From an uncultured Candidatus Saccharibacteria bacterium (GTDB taxonomy: Bacteria > Patescibacteriota > Dojkabacteria > J137), in contig CAZSKK010000002.1 in NCBI GenBank assembly GCA_964607415.1, forward strand, positions 73,991 through 137,990: a stretch of 64,000 bases of DNA, in the 5' to 3' direction. Of this stretch, positions 44,380 to 53,773 are shown piece by piece (the stretch's first letter is position 1; each line of letters begins with the position of its first letter). Both the position numbers and the translations under genes were made by a program. The notes under the pieces are model-generated. The model made no database searches, had not been told where the DNA came from, and saw only the letters and a list, made by a program, of their open reading frames with translations.

Positions 44380-44637
44380 AGATTTCTAGCTCAGCTGGTT
44401 ACTTGCCTTGCCGAAATGCATGGCATGCAGGCAGGTAGCACGGGTTCTTTAAAGAAGTTAGGTATTAAAAATAGACCTGTAGCTCAGTTGGTTAGAGCAC
44501 GGTTCTTATAAAGCCGGGGTCCGTGGTTCGAGTCCACGCAGGTCTATTTTTAATATCTTTACTTTAGAATTAAAGCTCGGGAACTCATTCGACATGATAA
44601 TATCATGTCTCACGTGGTTCGAGTCCAAGTGGCCTAC
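44380..44637 (+). pseudogene. Decayed outer tRNA-Ile(TAT) copy, split at the anticodon loop and enclosing the intact gene
   Basis: TAGCTCAGCTGGTTA [hairpin] AGCACGGGTTCTTTAAAG upstream and TAAAGCTCGGGA [hairpin] CGTGGTTCGAGTCCA downstream match the intact tRNA in order. Confidence 0.75.
44473..44546 (+). tRNA. tRNA-Ile(TAT)
   Basis: AGACCTG/CAGGTCT-A; CGGTT-CTTATAA-AGCCG anticodon arm (TAT at 44507-44509); CGTGG-TTCGAGT-CCACG. Confidence 0.92.
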
Positions 44638-44650
44638 TTTGAATAACTTT

Positions 44651-47092
44651 TTAGAATCCAAATGAAGGCATTCCGAAAGGATTTGATTTTTCTTTCTCCT
44701 CTTCTTTTATAAATGTACCTCTTAGCTTAACTTCATTTTCAATAATATTTCTATCCTTGCCGTATTTGAGTCTTGAAATCTGTTTAATTATATCTGAAAG
44801 CTCTGGATTTGGTGATGTAATCATACCAAATGGAGATTGATCATACATTGAAGTAATGGAGAATGGTGGTGTTGGCTTACCATCCACAAGCATTTTTATA
44901 AATGCATTTCTGTTTTCTACTTGAATTAAATCATTTCTCGTAAATGCCCCTTCAAACTCCTTTTCTAAAAATTCTGCATCATCAACCCCAACTCTGAATA
45001 CAGCCTTATTACCAACGTTTCCAAAAATAGCATCTCTAATTTTTGTATCCCCTCCAGTTCTTGTCAGCTGTCCTATAAACTGATGGCCTATCGTTAAAGA
45101 TAATTTGTACTTTCTAGCTTCCGACAAAATAATCATAATTCCATCAGTCAAGAAGTTTTGGAACTCATCTATGTACAAAAAGAACGGTTTTCTTTGACTT
45201 TCAGAAACACTTTCACGGCCAAGACCTGCAACCAGTAACTTACCTATTAAAATCATACCCAATAGATTTGCATTGAAGTCTCCAATTTTACCCTTTGAAA
45301 GCTTAGCCAAAAGAATTTTCCCATCATCCATAATATTTCTGAAATTTACTGTAGAATTTTGTTGAGCCACTATTGGTCTTACATAGGCATTTGACAAGAA
45401 ACTTGCAAGTTTTGAAGTAATGTATGGCGTCATATTCTTAAGTGATGCTTCTCCTCCTGCTTTTTCAGCCTGTTTTTTCCAGAAGTCAATAACTTCCTGG
45501 TCATCACACTTGGAAAGTTTATAAGCTCTATAGCCATCATCTGCAAAAATTTTAGGTATTTCTAGAAGTGTTGAGCCCGATTCTTTATCGGCGGTTAAAA
45601 GTAAGATTCCGTATCTCATATACTGCTCAAAAATAGGACCTCCAGTTTTTTTCAAATCGTATAGTGTATCAAAAATATTTAGCATTTCGTTAATTACAAG
45701 AGTTTTTTCTGCTTCAGTGTTGAATTCGAGCATGTTCAGGCCAATTGGTCTTTCAAGATCCGCTGGGTCAAAAACAACAACATCTTCGACTCTCTCTGGT
45801 GGTATTTGTTCCATTATCCTTTCTACATCAGTACCATGTGGGTCAATATAGGCACACCCATGCCCCATTTTTATATCCCTGATCATCATGCTGCTCATAA
45901 AATATGATTTACCAGAACCTGTCTGCCCAATAATGTACATATGCCTCAACCTATCATCAGGCTTAATAAAGATTTCCTTGGTTTTTCCTCTAAAAATGTT
46001 TCTCCCCATATACATGTAATCCTGTTGATATGCAGTTGTTACAAAATCCGCAGCTGGCATTTTGCTAGATAAAAGCCATTGTATGTGGGGAGTTGTTATT
46101 AGCTTGTTAGGGAAATGAAAAAGTGTCGCAAGCTCCGATGAGTTTAAAATCATAGACTCCCTTGGCAATCTGTACACAAAATCCTTTGTTATTTTCTTTA
46201 ATTTCTTTTTATCGACTTTCTTAAATCTATTGCCCCCTTCTTTTGTAAACTGATCAAAAGTACTAAGAATATTAGAAAGATGAGTGTTTGCTGACCCTTC
46301 CATATCGGAAACCACCACTACGCGCACGTCTGTTTGAAACCCAGATTTGCTTGCTTTCACATCGATCATTTCAAGAGTGTCTTCATTCACCTTGACCTTA
46401 CCCTTGTTATCGGGGTCACTCATCTTTTCTTTTATTTTTCTGATATAGTCTTTTGAATCATTTCGCCAGCTTGACCCTGCCGGGGTTATTACAACCTGAT
46501 ATGCGGCAGCTTCGTTTGATTGAAGCTTACTGAAAGCATCTAAAAGTGTAGCAAGAGGATCTACAGGAAGCTCTTCGTAATTTCTGACCGGTAATCTTGA
46601 TTCTTTATCTAATGTAAGTGCAGCAAAAGCAACAGATGCATCATCAGGGAATAAATTGTACTCTTTTACTCTATTAATTTCTGCCTCAGGATAATTACCA
46701 TTAATTTGCCTATCAACAAGATTCGCAATTTTTTCAGGGCAAACCACAAAAAACCTTATATTATCTTTGAACGCAACAATTTCAAAACTTACGAAAGTTT
46801 GGGCATCTAAATATTTTTGAAGTCTTTTTAATTTCTTCCCGATTCCAGTTAATCCTGTAAACATTTGGTCGGCAGCCTTAATCTCAATTTCATTATCTTG
46901 TGGTAATTTAACTTCAAAGTAAGCAAGGCCCAAAGATTTTTTCAAAGAAGACTTTTCTTTTATATTCTTTAGAAACTCCTTAAAAAGTCTTATTGCTAAA
47001 ATTGATATACCTGCAAGTACGACAACAACAGCTAGGATTGTTATCAAAAAACTTGCTATTGCATTTGTATCTACTGAAGGAGCATCGATCAT
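44651..47092 (-). CDS. VirD4/TraD-like coupling ATPase (HerA/FtsK superfamily, CPR type)
   Basis: N-terminal TM, RHMYIIGQTGSGKS, YIDPHG, LYIDEFQNF, SEARKY, IFGNVGN. Confidence 0.88.
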   Translation of the reverse strand: MIDAPSVDTNAIASFLITILAVVVVLAGISILAIRLFKEFLKNIKEKSSLKKSLGLAYFEVKLPQDNEIEIKAADQMFTGLTGIGKKLKRLQKYLDAQTFVSFEIVAFKDNIRFFVVCPEKIANLVDRQINGNYPEAEINRVKEYNLFPDDASVAFAALTLDKESRLPVRNYEELPVDPLATLLDAFSKLQSNEAAAYQVVITPAGSSWRNDSKDYIRKIKEKMSDPDNKGKVKVNEDTLEMIDVKASKSGFQTDVRVVVVSDMEGSANTHLSNILSTFDQFTKEGGNRFKKVDKKKLKKITKDFVYRLPRESMILNSSELATLFHFPNKLITTPHIQWLLSSKMPAADFVTTAYQQDYMYMGRNIFRGKTKEIFIKPDDRLRHMYIIGQTGSGKSYFMSSMMIRDIKMGHGCAYIDPHGTDVERIMEQIPPERVEDVVVFDPADLERPIGLNMLEFNTEAEKTLVINEMLNIFDTLYDLKKTGGPIFEQYMRYGILLLTADKESGSTLLEIPKIFADDGYRAYKLSKCDDQEVIDFWKKQAEKAGGEASLKNMTPYITSKLASFLSNAYVRPIVAQQNSTVNFRNIMDDGKILLAKLSKGKIGDFNANLLGMILIGKLLVAGLGRESVSESQRKPFFLYIDEFQNFLTDGIMIILSEARKYKLSLTIGHQFIGQLTRTGGDTKIRDAIFGNVGNKAVFRVGVDDAEFLEKEFEGAFTRNDLIQVENRNAFIKMLVDGKPTPPFSITSMYDQSPFGMITSPNPELSDIIKQISRLKYGKDRNIIENEVKLRGTFIKEEEKEKSNPFGMPSFGF

Positions 47093-47140
47093 TATTTAGA
47101 ATTAAGATTCATTAATTAACAATAGTTTCAACTAAGGCCG

Positions 47141-47689
47141 CTAGAGCTTTCCTGCCTTCATTTCATTTAAAAACTTTTCGAATTGAATAGCAAGCCACTT
47201 ATTTGATGCTGTATCTGATTGTTTTTTATTTTGCTCTATAAAGTTTAGGGTCTGGGCAATATCTGTAGGATCAAAATTTTTAGGTTTAAATCCATCGCCA
47301 TAAGGCAAAGGCTTTGGCTTTACTATTACAGGTGCAGGAACAGTGCCTTGCACGGCTTGGGTTTGCTGCTGAGACTGATTTTGCTGAGATTCAATGTTCG
47401 ATTCAGGTTTTTTAATATCAAGGCTATGCTCCAAGGTCGACTCCAAAGATTTTTCAGGAGTAGATTGTGGCATTTGTGGTACAGATTCTATTGATCCAGA
47501 AGAGCTACTACTTACCTTTGTTTGCTCAATTTGATTTTTAACAAAGTTATAAGCAACATCTAAAGGTACAACCTGTCCATTAGGTGCATAAACCAAGGGT
47601 GCTCCATTTTCATCATTGCCAAAATAATTAAACCCGAATTGAGACAGTGTTTTTAGAATTTCTTGTATATTTGGATTTTGCGGATTCAT
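47141..47689 (-). CDS. Hypothetical protein with Q/S/P-rich linker
   Basis: 182-aa ORF co-oriented with its neighbours; no family recognised. Confidence 0.6.
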   Translation of the reverse strand: MNPQNPNIQEILKTLSQFGFNYFGNDENGAPLVYAPNGQVVPLDVAYNFVKNQIEQTKVSSSSSGSIESVPQMPQSTPEKSLESTLEHSLDIKKPESNIESQQNQSQQQTQAVQGTVPAPVIVKPKPLPYGDGFKPKNFDPTDIAQTLNFIEQNKKQSDTASNKWLAIQFEKFLNEMKAGKL

Positions 47690-47766
47690 TTATTAACTTA
47701 TTTAGTTATAAAAGTTTTTAATATTCCAACGTTAAAAAGTTAAATCCTTTTAACTTTTAAACTTTC

Positions 47767-48222
47767 TTATATTCCGTATTTCTTTCTATCCATATCAATA
47801 TTTCTTTTAATATCACGTTCCTTTAGCTTTGCTCTCTTATCAAATTTTTTTAAACCTTTTGCAATTCCAACTTCGACTTTGATTAGATTATTATCTTTTA
47901 TATAAACCATTAGTGGAACTACTGTTAGCCCAGGCACCTTAATTGCTTCACGAATTTTTGCCATTTCTTTTCTTTTTAGCAGTAATTTTCTATCTCTCTT
48001 TACTTCAGCTAAAGTCTTTTCCCCAGCAAATCTTAACGGATTAACTTGAGAACCAAGAAGAAAAATTTCTTCTTTTTTTTCTTTTATATAGCTACTTTTA
48101 AGATTAATTCGGGATTCTTTTATAGATTTAACTTCCCACCCTTGAAGTACAATTCCAGCCTCAAATTTATCTAATATTTCAAAACTAGCATAAGCTTTTT
48201 TATTATTTGCAACTATTTTCAT
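47767..48222 (-). CDS. smpB: SsrA-binding protein
   Basis: NKKA, EAGIVLQGWEVKSIK, RKLLL, GLKKFDKR. Confidence 0.96.
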   Translation of the reverse strand: MKIVANNKKAYASFEILDKFEAGIVLQGWEVKSIKESRINLKSSYIKEKKEEIFLLGSQVNPLRFAGEKTLAEVKRDRKLLLKRKEMAKIREAIKVPGLTVVPLMVYIKDNNLIKVEVGIAKGLKKFDKRAKLKERDIKRNIDMDRKKYGI

Positions 48223-48225
48223 TAC

Positions 48226-50712
48226 TTAAAAATCTAATCTGATAACCTTCGTTCCATCTAATACATATATCTTTCTTGAAGCTTCATTAATTACTACTTC
48301 TTCAAGGCTAGAGAACATGTTTTCAGACCCTTTGTAAACAAACTGCTTAACAAATTTCATAGACTTCTGTTCGTTATCTTGAATCTCAAATAATAAGACC
48401 CTTTTATTTTTACCATCAGCAACAACCATAAAATTCTCAGACACATCAAAACTGGTAGCAGAATTCATTGCAGTATAATCTGAGCTAACAAGACCACTAA
48501 AGGTGTCTTGGGTAATAGTATTATCGCCTCCCCCAAGGTATCTTCTAATACCTTTTCCTGAAATCAAAACGTATATTTCGTAAGGTGTTGCAATATCTAT
48601 AGCATTCGCAAGTTCAGGATCTGTTTTCCAATTAGGTGGATTTGTTGCGACATACAGAACACCTCCGCCAACAAACTCATTACCATTCCTATCTCTTTTG
48701 AAAATTTGTTGATGATTTTGATGAATTTCGTAAATTGCTTGGTTGCCTTCAAATACTGAGGCTTCAACAACTTTTCCAATAATTGCCTGAGCCGTACCAT
48801 TAATTCGAGTAAGCGAGTTCGATTGACCTTCTTTAAACCTACCTACTGATGCCGTTTGATCATTATCAAAAACTAGAATATCATTTGAAGGCTCCCTCAC
48901 TAGGAACATTGGTTGGCTTAAGCCTGTAATGTGTTCTTGTGCAGTTGAACCTAAATTTACACCTGTTTTGTATACAACATTTCTGGTTTTATCAGATATG
49001 AATAGGTTACCGTTAGAATATTCTAGATCCGAAAGACTTGCATTAGGAAATACTTTTCCAACATCAACAATTATCTGAGGTTCGGTAATACCATCAACTA
49101 AAAGTAGCTCATCTTTTTCTGTGCCTACCCGTCCGATTATCGTATCTAGCCTATCAGTAAATAAATCTTCTTTCTTTTGAGTTTCAGCACTAGATGCTAG
49201 ATTATTCAAACTTGCAAGAACAAGATTTTTTCTTTGTTCACCTTCATTTTTAGCAGTATCAACTTGTTGAGAAAGACTTTGCAATTGAAGTTCTAAGTTG
49301 GAAACTGCATTTTCAGCTTCATTAACTCTCCTCTTTTCTGCCCTATCACTTTGAGCTTTCCTGATACCAAAAAATAAAACTATAACTAAAATTACGGTTA
49401 CAATAATTAATAATCTTCTATTTCTTTTTAACTTGGAGCCTCGCAAATAGATATCTCTTCTATCACCCGTTCCTACAATTTGGGTCTTAAAAAAAGAGTA
49501 AATCTTGTTTGCTACTAAAGATATTTTGGCAGAAATGATGTTAATAATATGTGCATAAGTTTTCTTGTTATTTTTGAAATGAGCTTTTACTTTTCCATTC
49601 CAAACACCAGAGACCCCGGACGCGGCCTTCTTTGAAAAAATTTCAATTTTACCTGTAGATTCGCGTCCATATACATTATCTTCCAACAACGCTTCATCAT
49701 TTTCATACAAATCTTCCTTTTTGGACATTCTTGGAAGATCATCATCATATTCAAATTCATCATCATCTTCTTCTTCACGGTTTCTGAAGCTTTTGGCTTT
49801 ATCGATAAGGTTAGATGATTTTATTTTTACAGTAGCTTTTAAAGTTCGTAACTTTGAAGTCCATTTGGATTTCAGCGAAATATCCTGAGCATCCTCATCT
49901 ACTTCTAATGCCTCTTCATCTTCAATTACATCTAGTTGTTCTGCATCATTTTTGTCTATTTCAACTGAAGAATGATCAAAACTGTTTGCAATATTTTTTT
50001 CTAAATCATCGTCGTGTTCTATGTCATCGCTTCTTACATCTTCGAGCTCTTGTACAAAAGGCATTTCCCATGACTGCTCTTCATCGCCAATCATTAAAAA
50101 CGCCCATCCGATCTTTGCTTTAATTTCATCCAGCGAGATCAAATTTTTATCATTCATTACTTTTTCAACAAGACTACTTCCGTCTTGCGCCACTTTTGAA
50201 GTTGCCAATGCAACAAGATCTGTTGATTCCAATTCTAGGCTTCCACTTTTCATAAAGCCGCTTTGCGCAGCATCAATCAAAACTTTTGATATTTCAATTG
50301 TTTTTTCACCACGCTTTACGTAAATCTTACTTTCTCCAATTACCAGTGCATACATAATATTTCCTACTATAACGCACACCGCCATTTCTAAATCTAATCC
50401 TTCTTTCAAAATATCTTCCTCTCGAGATAAGACAAAGTCCATTTTAGACTTCATTGACCAAACAGCATTTTCAAGCCTAGCAAGAATCTCGCTTTCCTCT
50501 GAAGAATCATAGTAAGCATTTTGAAGCTCATCAACCATTATTTTAGCAACAGGCTCTACATTTACGTCTTTGGCTGTTGTTTTTAAACGTGTTACAGCAA
50601 AAATGTCCCCAAGTCTTTCATGGATTTCAAGCTCCTTAGGGATATAACCGTAAATGCCAGCCCAGTCATAACCCAGTAATTTTCCAAATGTAAATTCAGT
50701 TCGTAAGTTCAT
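48226..50712 (-). CDS. Large bitopic membrane protein (possible PP2C-like N-domain, acidic linker, TM, coiled coil, beta-propeller-like C-domain)
   Basis: IGESKIYVKRG resembles a PP2C strand; acidic tract; one TM; NHL-like blades (LFISDK, VVADGKNKRV, IYVLDG). Confidence 0.55.
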   Translation of the reverse strand: MNLRTEFTFGKLLGYDWAGIYGYIPKELEIHERLGDIFAVTRLKTTAKDVNVEPVAKIMVDELQNAYYDSSEESEILARLENAVWSMKSKMDFVLSREEDILKEGLDLEMAVCVIVGNIMYALVIGESKIYVKRGEKTIEISKVLIDAAQSGFMKSGSLELESTDLVALATSKVAQDGSSLVEKVMNDKNLISLDEIKAKIGWAFLMIGDEEQSWEMPFVQELEDVRSDDIEHDDDLEKNIANSFDHSSVEIDKNDAEQLDVIEDEEALEVDEDAQDISLKSKWTSKLRTLKATVKIKSSNLIDKAKSFRNREEEDDDEFEYDDDLPRMSKKEDLYENDEALLEDNVYGRESTGKIEIFSKKAASGVSGVWNGKVKAHFKNNKKTYAHIINIISAKISLVANKIYSFFKTQIVGTGDRRDIYLRGSKLKRNRRLLIIVTVILVIVLFFGIRKAQSDRAEKRRVNEAENAVSNLELQLQSLSQQVDTAKNEGEQRKNLVLASLNNLASSAETQKKEDLFTDRLDTIIGRVGTEKDELLLVDGITEPQIIVDVGKVFPNASLSDLEYSNGNLFISDKTRNVVYKTGVNLGSTAQEHITGLSQPMFLVREPSNDILVFDNDQTASVGRFKEGQSNSLTRINGTAQAIIGKVVEASVFEGNQAIYEIHQNHQQIFKRDRNGNEFVGGGVLYVATNPPNWKTDPELANAIDIATPYEIYVLISGKGIRRYLGGGDNTITQDTFSGLVSSDYTAMNSATSFDVSENFMVVADGKNKRVLLFEIQDNEQKSMKFVKQFVYKGSENMFSSLEEVVINEASRKIYVLDGTKVIRLDF

Positions 50713-50841
50713 AAGATATAAAGTTACAGATTTTAGATTTATTGGCGAAGGTCAATAGCTAATAGTCCATGAAAGACTTAAGTAATTAGGATAAACTATC
50801 GACTATTCACACTAACTTAGTATATCAAAAATTTTGGTGTT

Positions 50842-51057
50842 TTAGGCTAAAATGAATATCGCCAGAATAATTGTCAACACAACTATATAAAAATTTGTGA
50901 AGAATGTGAAGAAGAAAGAATTCTTAGTTCTTAGCTCGCGATTCATCTTTGTCATATCAAGGTATAGTTTAAAACCTAAAAGCAAATGCCCTAAAGCGAA
51001 AATTATCGCTCCAATCTTAACTAATTCTAAAACTTCAGGTAATACAAGATTTTCCAT
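50842..51057 (-). CDS. Small two-TM membrane protein
   Basis: 71 aa, two hydrophobic helices; coupled to the upstream gene (TAATG). Confidence 0.6.
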   Translation of the reverse strand: MENLVLPEVLELVKIGAIIFALGHLLLGFKLYLDMTKMNRELRTKNSFFFTFFTNFYIVVLTIILAIFILA

Positions 51058-51806
51058 TATTGAATTTTTCTAACAATATTTCTTAAGTCCAAAATTGTAT
51101 CTCTAATTTGAGTCGGCTTTGGAACGGATTTAAACATAACTTGACCTGTCCTGGATGCCGTTAGAATTCGAATATCCCCATAATTAAATATCGACTGAAA
51201 GATTCCACTTGCACCAGTTTCTTTGACATCTTCAATATTTTCTAGGGCTGCTTCCGTAACTGTATAGGAGAAAAAGGGCTTAAACTCATAACTTAGCATT
51301 CTTTCGTTTGTAACTATATAAGGATCAAAATACCAATCAAAAAATTCTTTTACCAGATTGGTAAATATTACTGAATAGAAAGCTAAAAGTATTAAAAAAA
51401 TACCTTTAGGTGTAAATACTTCATTAAACTCAATATTTAATAAGTTCAATATAAAAATAAAGATTGGTGGAACCAAACTATAGCCTAAATTTCTAATTAT
51501 CCAGCTTATATTTGTAATCCAATGCCTTCTAACTAGAACATAAACTTTTTCTCCTTTATTCTGTGTTGCAAATCGAACATGTGAAGGTCTGTATTCTACA
51601 CTTCCCCAAGAAGATCCTTTATGTTGCGGAACAGCTCTGTTAATCTCTCTAAGGCCTATGGTTTTACTTGAATTAGGCAACATCTGTGGTGCAGGTATTC
51701 CTCCAGGAGATGATACTGGAATTGGCGCATAAGAAGGATATGGTTGATTTATTCTGGGTTGAACTGGTTGTGGTTGAATATTAGGATTGTAAGGTTGATT
51801 ATTCAT
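51057..51806 (-). CDS. Bacterial PH-domain membrane protein
   Basis: RRHW, two TMs, YIVTNER, IFNYGDIRILTA, VPKP pattern. Confidence 0.75.
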   Translation of the reverse strand: MNNQPYNPNIQPQPVQPRINQPYPSYAPIPVSSPGGIPAPQMLPNSSKTIGLREINRAVPQHKGSSWGSVEYRPSHVRFATQNKGEKVYVLVRRHWITNISWIIRNLGYSLVPPIFIFILNLLNIEFNEVFTPKGIFLILLAFYSVIFTNLVKEFFDWYFDPYIVTNERMLSYEFKPFFSYTVTEAALENIEDVKETGASGIFQSIFNYGDIRILTASRTGQVMFKSVPKPTQIRDTILDLRNIVRKIQ

Positions 51807-51860
51807 TTAGGTTGAGTGTTTTTATCTGTTCGAATTTTAGCACATTTAGCTTCACCCTGT

Positions 51861-51929
51861 CCTGAGACAACATACTATGTTGTCGAATGGAGCTGATTAA
51901 TACTCGATAGGATAATATCCTATCTCGGG
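51861..51929. repeat. Pair of hairpin elements in inverted orientation
   Basis: CCTGA-GACAACAT-ACT-ATGTTGTC-GAATGG and TACTC-GATAGGAT-AAT-ATCCTATC-TCGGG. Confidence 0.8.
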
Positions 51930-51950
51930 GTGGCTGCAGGCCGGGTGAGG

Positions 51951-53711
51951 CTAATGCACGCTAATATAAAACGTCTGGCTGTAAATATAATCTAGTCTTC
52001 CTGTATCGTACGACCATGAATTCCAAATGTTTTTAAACCACCATCCTCCAATTGATCTAGTTTGACCTGTGCTACCAGTTAACCAAACTCTTTTTACCCT
52101 TTGCGACGCGTCTCTTTCAAATCCAACACCTGTAACGTTACCAATAGCACTCTTAAGACTTCCTGCTTCGTTACTTACATTGGGTGCATATGGCCCAGAT
52201 GGGTTTGCTGCGTAATTAAGCATTTCGTCAATATGAGTAAAATTATAGTTACCTGTATTGTAGTGCCAATTTGTCCACTGAGTGTATGCCGCGTAAGCAT
52301 TATCATTAACTGCTCTCAAATATCCGACAGGAGTACCATAACCGGAAAAGTTTTGCCATATTGTATCGTTATCTGCTGTCCCATTTCCTTGATTGTTATC
52401 AGAAGAATATAGCGCATCAATCACTTGCCCTGCGTATGTAATTACTTGCCCTCTTGTTTCATCTGCGGCCCATCTAGTATATTGCCCACCATTGTACACT
52501 TGAGACCTTGCATCACTATACAACCACCCTCTGCTAATACCATACGTTCTGAAGGCAATAACTTGTGCTTTTATAGCCTCTTCCGGCCAACAGTCCCAAG
52601 GAGTTGAAGTATTATCTACTACATACTTATCAGGTCTTGCATCTCTTTGTTCTTGTGTTCCGCAAGCTCTTCCAGGAACTTCGCCTTGACCTGCAACATA
52701 ATTCTCCACATTAATAACCCCATAACCATCAACCGTTACAGAAGCATTTTCATATCCTGTAGCGATCGCAACATTTGTATAATAAAAATTAATAATATTC
52801 TGAGCAGTAAATCCATGGCTTAAGGCCATTCCATAAGCCCCCCATTGGCTCATACCGACTCCATGTCCTTGATATAAATCTCTTCCAACTCCAAAAAAGT
52901 TTAACTGTGTTCCTTCGTTTATGGTTCCGCCATTCCCATTTTCCTGCTCTAAAATCCATTTTTCTCTTTCGTATGCAGATTTTTGTTCATCTAAAAGATT
53001 ATTTATTTGTTTTTGTATGTTCTGCGACTGGTTTTGTAATGTACTTACTTGCCCGTATGTACTTGCAGCAAGTGAGTTTAAATAAGCAACTCTAGCCTCA
53101 AGTTCCTTTTTTTTGTTTTCCAAGTCAGCATTAATCTGTTCTAGTTTTTTAAGCTGTTCTTGATAATCAGAAATTTGCCCATCTAAATCCCGAAGGTCAT
53201 CAATTATTAAGTTGATATCAATATTATCGTCTTTAAGAACAGTAGCATTGTACTGCTCTGTTTTATTAAAATCATATTGAGTTTTAGCAATAGAATTTGC
53301 AATTGGATTATTAGTTCTCCAATCCATGTAAGAATTTCGAAGTGATAGTGATTGTCTTGCCAGTCTTTCTTCTTTTTCTAGCTCCTTAAGTTTTTGCTCA
53401 GAAATAACTATTTCCAGTAACGTTTCGTTATATTTTTTTTCAGCAGTAAGTTTTTCTATTTCAGCCAAGATTGTTGCAAGTTCACCTTGAGCGCCATTTA
53501 GGTCTGTAACTTTTGCGTTAAGATCTTGTTGTGCTTTTTCAAGATCCTGTTTAGTTTTATTTAATGTTGCGTTTTGAGCATCAATCTCTGCTTGAATTTC
53601 TGCAGATGACCGAGCCTGTACAAGAGAAATGAAACTAAAGCTAGAAATAGCCAGGATTAGTATTACAGTTATTATTTCCGTAAGTTTATTTTTTATCATG
53701 TTAAAAAACAA
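51951..53711 (-). CDS. Secreted coiled-coil + SpoIID/LytB-domain peptidoglycan hydrolase
   Basis: Signal peptide, ~210-aa coiled coil, GHGVGMSQWGA, GEVP, EAIKAQVIAFRTY, SQVY, YLRAVND. Confidence 0.85.
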   Translation of the reverse strand: MFFNMIKNKLTEIITVILILAISSFSFISLVQARSSAEIQAEIDAQNATLNKTKQDLEKAQQDLNAKVTDLNGAQGELATILAEIEKLTAEKKYNETLLEIVISEQKLKELEKEERLARQSLSLRNSYMDWRTNNPIANSIAKTQYDFNKTEQYNATVLKDDNIDINLIIDDLRDLDGQISDYQEQLKKLEQINADLENKKKELEARVAYLNSLAASTYGQVSTLQNQSQNIQKQINNLLDEQKSAYEREKWILEQENGNGGTINEGTQLNFFGVGRDLYQGHGVGMSQWGAYGMALSHGFTAQNIINFYYTNVAIATGYENASVTVDGYGVINVENYVAGQGEVPGRACGTQEQRDARPDKYVVDNTSTPWDCWPEEAIKAQVIAFRTYGISRGWLYSDARSQVYNGGQYTRWAADETRGQVITYAGQVIDALYSSDNNQGNGTADNDTIWQNFSGYGTPVGYLRAVNDNAYAAYTQWTNWHYNTGNYNFTHIDEMLNYAANPSGPYAPNVSNEAGSLKSAIGNVTGVGFERDASQRVKRVWLTGSTGQTRSIGGWWFKNIWNSWSYDTGRLDYIYSQTFYISVH

Positions 53712-53773
53712 GTAATAAAGTTGTAATACATAGTAATGCGATTGTATTTCAATTTATTACCAAGTATTACTTG

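Noticed and set aside
47690-48230. tmRNA next to smpB
   Set aside because: No GGGG..TCCACCA tRNA-like ends and no room in the flanking intergenic regions.
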